From Thermoplasmata archaeon (GTDB lineage Archaea; Thermoplasmatota; Thermoplasmata; UBA10834), in the NCBI GenBank assembly GCA_029864565.1, contig JAOTTD010000006.1, positions 2,415-66,414 of the forward strand: a stretch of DNA of 64,000 nucleotides. Direction: 5' to 3'. The position numbers were made by a program, and so were the translations under genes. A model generated the notes under the pieces. That model did not search any database, was not told the origin of the DNA, and was given only the letters and a program-made list of their open reading frames with translations. Numbering within the stretch: the stretch's first letter is position 1; the number at the start of each line of letters is the position of its first letter. Shown piece by piece: positions 30,335-38,872 of this stretch.

Positions 30335-30862
30335 TCACTTTTCGTAGGAATCAGTCGGGCGGAATCGCTTGAATTCCCCTCTCTTGTGAGCCTGAGCAAG
30401 TGCAATGTATTCCTCCGCATTTGTCTTCGCGGCATCGGCAAGAGACGGATCGCCTTGCCTGATGACTTTGGCAGGAACCCCGACCACGAGGCTGCCTTCA
30501 GGGACGACCATACCTTCCTTGACGAGCGCGTTAGCACCGATTATTGAACCGTTGCCTATTTGGGCGCCGTCCAGAACGGATGCGTTCATGCCAACAATCA
30601 CGTAATCACCTATCCAGGCTGCGTGGACGATTGCACCGTGCCCAAGCGTAACGAACTTGCCGATGACCGTGGGTTTGCCCGGATTGCCGTGAATCTGGCA
30701 GTGCTCCTGGATGCTTGTCCCCTCACCGATCCTGACCTCAGACAGATCGGCCCTTATCACGGCGAACGGCCAAACGCTGCTATCCCGCTCGACGACGACG
30801 TCGCCGACCACTATCGCCTCAGGGGCAACGTAGCAGCTGGGATCCACTGATGGTTCGGTCAC
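30335..30862 (-). CDS. Gamma-carbonic anhydrase-like hexapeptide repeat protein
   Basis: Hexapeptide repeats, IRAD, QE..IH, GHGAIVH, GVPAK. Confidence 0.92.
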   Translation of the reverse strand: MTEPSVDPSCYVAPEAIVVGDVVVERDSSVWPFAVIRADLSEVRIGEGTSIQEHCQIHGNPGKPTVIGKFVTLGHGAIVHAAWIGDYVIVGMNASVLDGAQIGNGSIIGANALVKEGMVVPEGSLVVGVPAKVIRQGDPSLADAAKTNAEEYIALAQAHKRGEFKRFRPTDSYEK

Positions 30863-30898
30863 AAAGCGCAGGAGCGAGAGACCGGGTAAAAACCTTTG

Positions 30899-31186
30899 CT
30901 ACTCATCTGCTGGCTTCTGGGCCTTCTTCGGCTTGGCGCCCTTCTTCAAAGCCACTCTCTTCGGGAAGTACTTGAGGATGATCACATCCCCTATAGCTCC
31001 GATCCATCTGTACGGGACGTTGACAGATTTCGATCCTTCGACCAGCATCGGATTCGTGTTGCTGATGAACAATCCCTGGACCTTATTGTCGTCGACTTCG
31101 ACGACCAAGTTCGATACATTCCCCAAGAATATCGCTTGGTTAGTGTAAACCTGCATACCTATCATTTCAGAAGCTTCTTCGAGCAT
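30899..31186 (-). CDS. PRC-barrel protein (CdpB-like)
   Basis: GMQVYTNQAIFLGNVSNLVVEVD..VPYRWIGAIGDVIILK. Confidence 0.88.
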   Translation of the reverse strand: MLEEASEMIGMQVYTNQAIFLGNVSNLVVEVDDNKVQGLFISNTNPMLVEGSKSVNVPYRWIGAIGDVIILKYFPKRVALKKGAKPKKAQKPADE

Positions 31187-31370
31187 CCGGCATCCCTGCC
31201 GACCGTATCGCAATCAAATCTTTAAATAATTTGTCTTGTCCAGTATTTCGCTCGAGCGCACGTGCATGGGCGTGACAACCCCCGTCGGGGTTCGTCGTTA
31301 TACTTAAGTATCGAGAGCGCAATCGATAATGCGGAAATAATGCACAATCGTGCAGAAACGGCGATGAGAA

Positions 31371-31781
31371 ATGCCAGACGAGATTGAGGAGATAAGGCAG
31401 AAGAAGCTCGACAAGATGATAGCCGGCAGCAGCTCTGGCGCCCCATCAAATGAATTCCCTGACGCCCCCGTCAAGGTGACGGACTCTGATTTCGAGAAGT
31501 TCATAGGCCGATACGAGAACGTTGTGGTGGATTGTTGGGCACCTTGGTGTGCTCCATGCCGCGTGTTGTCCACGACGATTGACACTATGGCGAAGGAACA
31601 CAAGGGCAAGATCGTGTTCGGCAAGTTGAACACAGACGAGAACTTTGAGACTGCAAGCAAGTTCGGTATCATGAGCATCCCCACACTACTGTATTTCCGG
31701 AAAGGCGATCTGGTAAGCAAAACGATCGGCGCCCTTCCGCGCGACGCAATCGAGGAGCATATCCAATCCTTGAAATCATGA
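31371..31781 (+). CDS. trxA: Thioredoxin
   Basis: WAPWCAPC, SIPT; N-terminal DEIEEIRQKKL extension. Confidence 0.95.
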   Translation: MPDEIEEIRQKKLDKMIAGSSSGAPSNEFPDAPVKVTDSDFEKFIGRYENVVVDCWAPWCAPCRVLSTTIDTMAKEHKGKIVFGKLNTDENFETASKFGIMSIPTLLYFRKGDLVSKTIGALPRDAIEEHIQSLKS

Positions 31782-31952
31782 TGAAGTGAGACTTCCCTCT
31801 CACCGCCCACTTTTCGTCTTTCCTTCCTCTTGCGGCTCGCTGCACTTCGCATATTCCTGCGAAATGCAACCTATAAATCGCCAGACATCTCTCCACGCGC
31901 AATGCCTATGGATTTCGAGACAGCACTCGATTAGGTCAGGAGAGCTCTTACT

Positions 31953-32693
31953 ATGTGCAGAATGGTCGGCGTGGTGTTCAAGGGCGCGTTTCCAATGCGT
32001 TCACTCATGGACCTGAGGCATTTCGCAGAGATTGGCAAAGTGCCAGACCAAGGGATCGAATTGGACGGTCACAGGGACGGATGGGGGATGGTATCTTTTA
32101 GCAACGGCTCACCGTACTACCTTGGAAGGAGCCCTCGCCCGATCCACATGGACCCGTCGTTCGATTCCGCGTTGACCGGCATAGCCGGATTGGAACGTCC
32201 TAATGTGTTGATTTGCCATGCCAGACGAGGGTCGGAGGGCGAGGTGAACCTCCAAAACACCCATCCATTCATCAGCTCCGGGGTAACCTTTGCGCACAAC
32301 GGCGGGGTCAAGGAGTTCCATCCTCGAACGTCGTATATTCCGAGAGGAACCACCGATAGCGAGAGGCTTTTCGCCCTCTTCATTGACAGATATGAGCGGC
32401 TGGGCGATGTCGGAACCGCGATCGAGTCGATTCTCGAGGACGACGTTCGCAAGCACGAGTTCACAGGCCTGATCTTCCTGGTCTCCGATGGCAGGCATCT
32501 GTATGGCTACAGGGAACATGGCAAAGGTCGCGACAGCAGCTACTACAACTTGAAGTATCTCGTCGGCGACGATAACGTGGTGGTTTATCAGGAATCCTGC
32601 TCTGATGACGATGGCAGAGCCATCCAAGTGGACAACGGCTCTCTGATCAAGGTTGGTATGGACTTAGAAGTCGATACTAAGAAGCTGAACTAG
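31953..32693 (+). CDS. Class II glutamine amidotransferase (YafJ/EgtC-like)
   Basis: N-terminal MCRM, HRDGWG, HAR, NTHPF, HNG, TDSE. Confidence 0.92.
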   Translation: MCRMVGVVFKGAFPMRSLMDLRHFAEIGKVPDQGIELDGHRDGWGMVSFSNGSPYYLGRSPRPIHMDPSFDSALTGIAGLERPNVLICHARRGSEGEVNLQNTHPFISSGVTFAHNGGVKEFHPRTSYIPRGTTDSERLFALFIDRYERLGDVGTAIESILEDDVRKHEFTGLIFLVSDGRHLYGYREHGKGRDSSYYNLKYLVGDDNVVVYQESCSDDDGRAIQVDNGSLIKVGMDLEVDTKKLN

Positions 32694-33211
32694 ATCCCCG
32701 ACTTCCGCGCTGCCAGCCTGATGGCCTCCGTAACACTATCCCTTGGCATGATCGTGGCTATTGGAATGTCGACCACTCGCTCGATGGTGGCGCTCACGAT
32801 GGGCGCGCAGACGATTGCCTTCGCGCCGTCTCTCTCTGCACGAACCGATGCTACAATCGCATCCTCCAGCGTCGTCGCGGGATACTCGATAGTCAGGATC
32901 TCCTTTCCTTCTATCGTAATCGACCGCTCCACAACTTCCGCCAACACATGTCTGGCTGCTATGACAGCAATGAAATCGCCTGGTTCGCTCCTTTCGATTC
33001 CTCCTACGGCTCTAAGAATCCTCCTAAGTACATCCAGGCTTGGCGAACGTTCTCCCCCGATCATCTTGTAGAGGGTGCTAGGGGATATTCCGGAACTCTC
33101 CGCGAACTCCTTTATGGTCATGCCCAGGTCTGACAACACCAGTCTCAGAGTCTTGCTGAACGCTTCGTCGGATTGGGCGGCAGCCCGCAGCAATTTTCCG
33201 CTATTGTCCAT
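32690..33211 (-). CDS. XRE-type HTH regulator with C-terminal ligand-binding domain
   Basis: TIKEFAESSGISPSTLYK; AERDGAKAIVCAPIVS. Confidence 0.88.
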   Translation of the reverse strand: MDNSGKLLRAAAQSDEAFSKTLRLVLSDLGMTIKEFAESSGISPSTLYKMIGGERSPSLDVLRRILRAVGGIERSEPGDFIAVIAARHVLAEVVERSITIEGKEILTIEYPATTLEDAIVASVRAERDGAKAIVCAPIVSATIERVVDIPIATIMPRDSVTEAIRLAARKSGI

Positions 33212-33245
33212 TCAATTGCCCTCAATAGGCAAATGAAGGGGCCAA

Positions 33246-33298
33246 TATTTATACAATTGTGCAATCGATTGCGCGTTTATGTGGTAAGACTTATTATA
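33246..33298. promoter_or_regulatory. Divergent promoter region with palindromic candidate operator
   Basis: TATA-like boxes on both strands flank ACAATTGT (33253-33260) and a perfect GCAATCGATTGC palindrome (33261-33272). Confidence 0.5.
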
Positions 33299-33332
33299 CG
33301 CTTCAGACTAACCGATTGATAGGGCTGAGACG

Positions 33333-34460
33333 ATGGAGAGGATGACTGTCATAGTCGCAATAGCGATGGCCGTTGCACTCGTGGTCGGCGTTTTTGCCGT
33401 CTATGTTGTGCTCGATTCGAATGATGGGGACGGGGCCACCAATGTGGTCTATTACACAGTGGTGCCACCGGCGAGCATGAAGGGAGCACTCGCGGCCGGC
33501 CAGATCGACGGTTACATTGCCTGGGAACCGTTTGTCTCGGATTCCGTCGTCGGCGGAGTGGGCAAGGTTCTGGAGTGGTCAGAAGAGATAGCCCCGAACC
33601 ACCCGTGCTGCGTCGTGGCGGTGCACAACCCGTTCGTGTCTGATCAGGAAGGGCAGGAGCTGGCAGCGCGCTTCATGAGGGCACACATGGACGCGACGGA
33701 TTGGATCAACGCGGCAATGGCGGACAAGGAAAGCGCTGAGTACGACCTGTTGAAGAACATCTCAGTCGAATTCACGATGAGGAACGAATCGGTTGTCGAG
33801 GAAGCGCTACAGCATATGCAGTTCAGATACGTCATGGACGACCAATTTTCAACCGCCCTCGAGAACTTCACCGGGATGTACATGGATATAGGTGTCGTTG
33901 ATGAGGAGAAGATTGCCGGTGGTGGTTACGAGAACGTAACGGATTTCATCGACCACTACGTGAATGAGAGCTACCTTGGGCTGGCCACTTCCGTGGAGCC
34001 GAGCGACACGATATTGAACCCGGATTCTGCGATACGGCTTGGCTTCCTGCTGGGAGACATTCACCAATTGGCTCAGGCAGTGGCCAGCAGCACCGATGTT
34101 TTGGTCAACGGCAAGAGCATGTTCGAGGATTACGGCCTGAATGTCGAGAACGCGATCGGAGCCCCGTTCGCTAACGGTGGAGCCGTCATGGACGCATTCG
34201 CCGGAGGCTATGTCGATATCGGCTACCTCGGGAGCCCACCCGCAATCCTCAAGCACCTGAACGCCGAGATTGATACCACCATCGTCGCCCAAGCCAACAG
34301 CGAGGGGAGCGCGATCGTGGTGGAGGCCGGCTCTGGGATCACGAGCCTCGAAGGCCTCGCTGGGAAGACAGTTGCCACTCCTGGCGAGAGCTCGATACAA
34401 TTCCTGCTCCTGAAGATGGCTCTTCAGTGGGAGGGCATGGAGCTGAAGATCAAGACCTGA
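33333..34460 (+). CDS. NitT/TauT-family ABC substrate-binding protein, circularly permuted
   Basis: N-terminal TM anchor; IAWEPF and HPCCVV come before RLGFL..DIHQLA, DIGYLGSPP, EGSAIVV, GKTVATPG..SIQ. Confidence 0.88.
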   Translation: MERMTVIVAIAMAVALVVGVFAVYVVLDSNDGDGATNVVYYTVVPPASMKGALAAGQIDGYIAWEPFVSDSVVGGVGKVLEWSEEIAPNHPCCVVAVHNPFVSDQEGQELAARFMRAHMDATDWINAAMADKESAEYDLLKNISVEFTMRNESVVEEALQHMQFRYVMDDQFSTALENFTGMYMDIGVVDEEKIAGGGYENVTDFIDHYVNESYLGLATSVEPSDTILNPDSAIRLGFLLGDIHQLAQAVASSTDVLVNGKSMFEDYGLNVENAIGAPFANGGAVMDAFAGGYVDIGYLGSPPAILKHLNAEIDTTIVAQANSEGSAIVVEAGSGITSLEGLAGKTVATPGESSIQFLLLKMALQWEGMELKIKT

Positions 34461-34514
34461 CCTTCTCTCCAAACATCTAATCCTGTTCCGCGCCATCCAG
34501 GTTGAGGAGAATGC

Positions 34515-35336
34515 ATGAAGTCGATTGTTCGATTGGCCAGGGGAGTCATGAGCCGCAACTGGAGGCGTGTGCTCCTTGGCGGTCTCTCGATTGCGGTGTT
34601 CATCGGCGCGTGGCAGGCGTACTCCTGGTACCTGAATGCGAACGATTACGGATACGCTGCCTACATCCCCTATCCCGGAGAGGTCGCTGAAGCCTTCCTC
34701 GATTCGTTCGTGACAACAGACGCAACGGGCCTACTGATGATGGACCACATCTTCGCAAGCCTCAAGAGGATATTCCTGGGATTCACGCTCGCATTCGTCA
34801 TCGCTCTTCCGGCTGGGTTGTTGATGGGCAGCTATCAGACCTCCGAAGGTCTCGGGATGCCTATCGTCGAGATATTCAGGCCCATACCCCCGCTCGCTTG
34901 GATACCGATATTCCTCGTGGTTCTTGGCCACCTTTGGGGGCCAGTAGCTATTGTCTTTTTCGGGATATTCTTCCCCATACTGTTCAACGTTATGCTCGGC
35001 GTCAAGAGGGTGGATCCGATCCTTATCGACGCGGCCAAGACGCTGGGCGCAGGAAGACAGCACATCTTCTTCAAGGTGGTCCTGCCTTTCACCACACCCT
35101 ACCTGATGACGGGAATCAAGGTCGGCCTCGGCATCGGGTGGATGTGTATCGTGGCCGCGGAAATGGTCGGCCAGTATGGCGGTGGCGTGGGCTATTACAT
35201 CTGGGCCATGAACGAGTTCTCCCTTTACGATTACGTCTTCGCGGGCATAGCGGTGATCGCCATACTGGGTATACTGACCACCGGCGTCGCCGGTCAAATC
35301 GAGAGGAGGTTGTACATTTGGATGGGGATGAAGTAA
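34515..35336 (+). CDS. NitT/TauT ABC permease
   Basis: [27 protein letters not shown]. Confidence 0.95.
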   Translation: MKSIVRLARGVMSRNWRRVLLGGLSIAVFIGAWQAYSWYLNANDYGYAAYIPYPGEVAEAFLDSFVTTDATGLLMMDHIFASLKRIFLGFTLAFVIALPAGLLMGSYQTSEGLGMPIVEIFRPIPPLAWIPIFLVVLGHLWGPVAIVFFGIFFPILFNVMLGVKRVDPILIDAAKTLGAGRQHIFFKVVLPFTTPYLMTGIKVGLGIGWMCIVAAEMVGQYGGGVGYYIWAMNEFSLYDYVFAGIAVIAILGILTTGVAGQIERRLYIWMGMK

Positions 35337-35344
35337 ACATTCGA

Positions 35345-36130
35345 ATGGAGAACCTCCTCAAGGTGTTCAAGGAGGACACCAGGGAGATAGTCGCACTCAA
35401 GGGATTCAGTCTGGACGTGGTCGATGGTGAGTTAGTCTGCTTACTGGGCCCATCGGGCTGCGGAAAGACAACGGTTCTCAGGATTGCGGCGGGCCTCGAG
35501 ACCAAAAGCGGTGGACACGTTTCCGTGAGCGGCGAGGAAGTCTCTGGCGCCGGGCCGAACAGAGGAGTGGTGTTCCAGGAATTCGCCCTCTTCCCTTGGC
35601 GCACCGTGAGAAAGAACATCGAGTTCGGCCTTGAGATTAAGAAGATGTCAGCGGACGAGAGAGAGGCGATATCGTCGAAGTACATCGACCTCGTGAATCT
35701 CGAGGGGTTCGAGAACGTTCATCCCCAAAAGCTCTCTGGTGGGATGAAGCAGCGCGTCGGAATCGCAAGAGCGTTGGCGAACGACCCTGCGGTTCTGCTC
35801 ATGGATGAGCCTTTTGGCGCCCTCGACGCACAGACCAGGAACCTAATGCAGAAGGAGTTGTTGAGGATTTGGTCGGCGACCAAGAAGACGGTGCTGTTCG
35901 TGACACACTCCGTCGACGAGGCGGTGTTCCTTGCAGATAGAATAGTCGTGATGACCGCGAGACCGGGGATGGTCAAGAAGATCATCTCTGTGGCCCTCCC
36001 GCGCCCTCGCGAGAGGACGAGCGCCGACTTCATCACCATCCGAAGCGAGGTCCTGCAGGTCCTCGAAGCCGAGTTCAAGAAGACGATGATGCGGGAAATG
36101 TCTGATGGCGGAGTGGAGCACAAGGCTTAA
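35345..36130 (+). CDS. NitT/TauT ABC ATP-binding protein
   Basis: [25 protein letters not shown]; true start near 35318-35345. Confidence 0.95.
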   Translation: MENLLKVFKEDTREIVALKGFSLDVVDGELVCLLGPSGCGKTTVLRIAAGLETKSGGHVSVSGEEVSGAGPNRGVVFQEFALFPWRTVRKNIEFGLEIKKMSADEREAISSKYIDLVNLEGFENVHPQKLSGGMKQRVGIARALANDPAVLLMDEPFGALDAQTRNLMQKELLRIWSATKKTVLFVTHSVDEAVFLADRIVVMTARPGMVKKIISVALPRPRERTSADFITIRSEVLQVLEAEFKKTMMREMSDGGVEHKA

Positions 36131-36144
36131 TTCTTCTATACTCG

Positions 36145-36636
36145 ATGCAGAAATTCATGAGCTTCGAGCTAAATGTAGTCAATAATACGCCACTGACGCC
36201 GCTATCCGACATCGAGGAGGTGGCCATCCTGTTTCTGAACCAGATAGGCTACTTCCCGAAGGGCTACGATCCAAAGACGGAGGCGACCGACATTCGCGAC
36301 AGCGTGCCCTACAGACTCGTAATAGACAATTTCCTGGGCAGGCCCGACAAGGCGTGGGTCGTCGAGGACCTCGCCGCTTCCCTCGGGACGACGAAGACGA
36401 CCGTGTACAGGCACATAAACAAGCTGAAGGGCTTCGACTTGTTGGAGGAGGCTAGCGTCGATAGGCCAGGCGGCTCCTCCAAGAAGGGGTATAGGATCAG
36501 GTACGGCAATCTGAGCAAGGCCTGGAACTTCACCGAGGCTCACGTACAAGTGGCGATGGAGAACTATCGCAAGACCGTCGACCATATGCAGGAACTCATT
36601 CAGAAGAAGGGGTATAAACATGCCAAAAAAAGGTGA
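36145..36636 (+). CDS. HTH-domain protein
   Basis: VEDLAASLGTTKTTVYRHINKL winged helix. Confidence 0.75.
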   Translation: MQKFMSFELNVVNNTPLTPLSDIEEVAILFLNQIGYFPKGYDPKTEATDIRDSVPYRLVIDNFLGRPDKAWVVEDLAASLGTTKTTVYRHINKLKGFDLLEEASVDRPGGSSKKGYRIRYGNLSKAWNFTEAHVQVAMENYRKTVDHMQELIQKKGYKHAKKR

Positions 36637-36904
36637 AGCGATCACCCTTACGGAAGGGTCTGAGTACAGGATTAAAAGCCTCGAGGCGAGGGACAAACCG
36701 ATGGAGACCATAGGGTTCTTCAAGGGATATGCGGCGATCGCACACGACACCGCCATGGTCATGGAGATCGAGTCCCCCGTAGGCGAGCACAAGTCGATGT
36801 TGAGGTTGATACCGTCTCACATGGTCATATCTATAGACGTGCTCAAGGCGGGAGAGGAGAAGAAGGAGAAAGGCCCAGAAGGAGACCCAATCTACTTCGG
36901 ATGA
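36620..36904 (+). CDS. Small hypothetical beta-barrel protein with acidic tail ending IYFG
   Basis: GFFKGY..RLIPSHMVISIDV; overlaps both neighbours. Confidence 0.7.
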   Translation: MPKKGEAITLTEGSEYRIKSLEARDKPMETIGFFKGYAAIAHDTAMVMEIESPVGEHKSMLRLIPSHMVISIDVLKAGEEKKEKGPEGDPIYFG

Positions 36905-37200
36905 GAGCGGCGCGTGAAATGACCGTCAGATTGAACACGATTGAGGCCCGCATTGTGGAGATACTCAGGCGGCGATATCCAATCACCGTTGAGGAGCTTC
37001 GCGAGGAGATGTCCATCAGACGCGACACGCTTAGACTAGCGCTCAAGTCTCTCGAATCGAAAGGAGTGCTCGCCCTAGAGCCACTTCCGGATAAGACGTA
37101 TGTACGCTTGTTGACAGGCGTGGTGGAGTCCGGGACTGTGCCCCAGCAAGCAGAAGGCTGGACGCGTGACCAAGATGACATCGACATGGCGTATCGGTGA
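36901..37200 (+). CDS. Winged-helix protein ending DDIDMAYR
   Basis: YPITVEELREEM..LKSLESKGVLALEPLPDKTYVRL; ATGA coupling to the upstream gene. Confidence 0.75.
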   Translation: MRAAREMTVRLNTIEARIVEILRRRYPITVEELREEMSIRRDTLRLALKSLESKGVLALEPLPDKTYVRLLTGVVESGTVPQQAEGWTRDQDDIDMAYR

Positions 37201-37272
37201 AGGTGGGCAAAGGGGCGTGTTTGACTGACAGAAACGGAAGCAGACGCCTTACCTATCGCTTATATCGACGAT

Positions 37273-38811
37273 TTGCTGGAAATGCTCGCGCGAGGCGAGA
37301 TAGTCAGCAGAGACGGCGTTCTCAGGGCCAAGGCCGCTCTGTGCAAGAAGTACGGGTTGTCGCAGGTACCGACCAATTACGAGATCCTCGAACATGTTCC
37401 GGATGACCTGAGGATGTCGGTGGCCCCACTACTGCGAAACAAGCCGGGAAGGACCATCAGCGGCGTAGCTCCTGTGGCGGTAATGACGAGCCCGTTCGAC
37501 TGCCCTCACGGGCGGTGCTCCTACTGCCCCGGTGGCGTGTCCAACGATAGCCCTCAATCGTACACTGGAAGAGAGCCAGCGGCGTTGAGGGCATCCATGT
37601 ACGAATACGATCCTTACAGACAGACCAGTGCCCGTCTCAAGCAGTTGACGGCGATTGGCCACCGAACGGACAAGGTCGACTTGATAATCATGGGTGGGAC
37701 GTTCACAGCTCGCCCGTCGGAGTACCAGGAACAGTTCGTCAAGAGATGTTTCGACGCCATGAACTCACGGGAGTCTCCTGATCTCCAGTCCGCCCACAGT
37801 GTGAACGAGAGTGCACCGTCTCGATGCGTGGGACTGACGGTTGAGACGCGGCCTGATTGGTTCCTGGACGAACACGTTGTCCGTTCGATGTCAATGGGGG
37901 CAACGAAGGTCGAACTCGGGGTTCAGATACTTGACGATGACGTGCTCGATGGCGTCAAGCGAGGGCACCATGTGAGGGACATCGCTGACGCTACAGCCCG
38001 TGCGAGGAAGGCCGGTCTGAAGGTGTGCTATCATGTGATGCCTGGGCTACCTGGTAGTAGCGCGGACAACGATCTCCGGTCGTTCTCGTTGATGTTCGAG
38101 GACGAGAGGTTCAGGCCCGACATGCTCAAGATTTACCCCACCTTGGTCGTCAAAGGGACAGAGTTGTATGATTGGTGGAGGGCGGGAGATTACGTGCCCA
38201 TGTCCCTCGAGGAGACAACCGCCCTTGTGGTGAAGATGAAGGAACGCGTTCCTCCATGGGTGCGCATACTCAGAGTGCAGAGGGATATCCCTGTCCAGCT
38301 GATAGAAGCTGGCGTGCGCAAGAGTCATCTCAGAGAGCTCGCATCGTGGAAGCTCAAGCGCGGCGGCCATAGATGTGCCTGCATCCGCTGTCGGGAGGTG
38401 GGGCGCATGGGAGTCCGCCGAGACATGGTGGAGGAGGATGTCAGGCTCTCCGAACTCTCTTACAGGGCGGGCGGTGGCACCGAGTTCTTCTTCAGCTACT
38501 CTACGACGGAGAGCGATAGCCTTATCGGATATGCCCGGTTGAGATGTGCTGACGACCCGTCAAGGCATCCTGCCAGGGTCAGGGAGTTGCATGTCTACGG
38601 TGAGATGGCTCCCATCGACGAGAATCCCGTAAGCGCTTGGCAGCACAAAGGGTTTGGAGAGGGCCTGCTGTCCCATTGTGAAGCAAAGGCCGCCTCCCTT
38701 GGGCACGGGTCTGTGAGCGTCACAAGCGGTGTCGGCGCGAGGAACTACTACAGACGCCTTGGCTACGAGCTGACGGATATGTACATGTCGAAAGTGGTTG
38801 GAAGAGCATAA
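37273..38811 (+). CDS. elp3: Elp3 radical SAM/KAT tRNA U34 carboxymethyltransferase
   Basis: CPHGRCSYCPGG, GGTF, ETRPD, LKIYPTLV, RVQRDIP, QHKGFG, GARNYYRRLGY. Confidence 0.96.
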   Translation: MLEMLARGEIVSRDGVLRAKAALCKKYGLSQVPTNYEILEHVPDDLRMSVAPLLRNKPGRTISGVAPVAVMTSPFDCPHGRCSYCPGGVSNDSPQSYTGREPAALRASMYEYDPYRQTSARLKQLTAIGHRTDKVDLIIMGGTFTARPSEYQEQFVKRCFDAMNSRESPDLQSAHSVNESAPSRCVGLTVETRPDWFLDEHVVRSMSMGATKVELGVQILDDDVLDGVKRGHHVRDIADATARARKAGLKVCYHVMPGLPGSSADNDLRSFSLMFEDERFRPDMLKIYPTLVVKGTELYDWWRAGDYVPMSLEETTALVVKMKERVPPWVRILRVQRDIPVQLIEAGVRKSHLRELASWKLKRGGHRCACIRCREVGRMGVRRDMVEEDVRLSELSYRAGGGTEFFFSYSTTESDSLIGYARLRCADDPSRHPARVRELHVYGEMAPIDENPVSAWQHKGFGEGLLSHCEAKAASLGHGSVSVTSGVGARNYYRRLGYELTDMYMSKVVGRA

Positions 38812-38872
38812 ACTCCCGGCGGTATGATTATATCAAAAAACCCATATCGGTTTCCGTCGGAGGAGACACGGG

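Noticed and set aside
31273-31354. Several short palindromes upstream of trxA (ATACTTAAGTAT, TGCAC-N4-GTGCA)
   Set aside because: They overlap probable TATA elements and are too short to distinguish from chance without comparative data
34898-35317. Long N-terminal extension of the ABC ATPase, and similar extensions of hisIE, porA, cdc48, eno and the S9 peptidase
   Set aside because: Shadow frames overlapping upstream genes or promoters; homology starts at the downstream start codons
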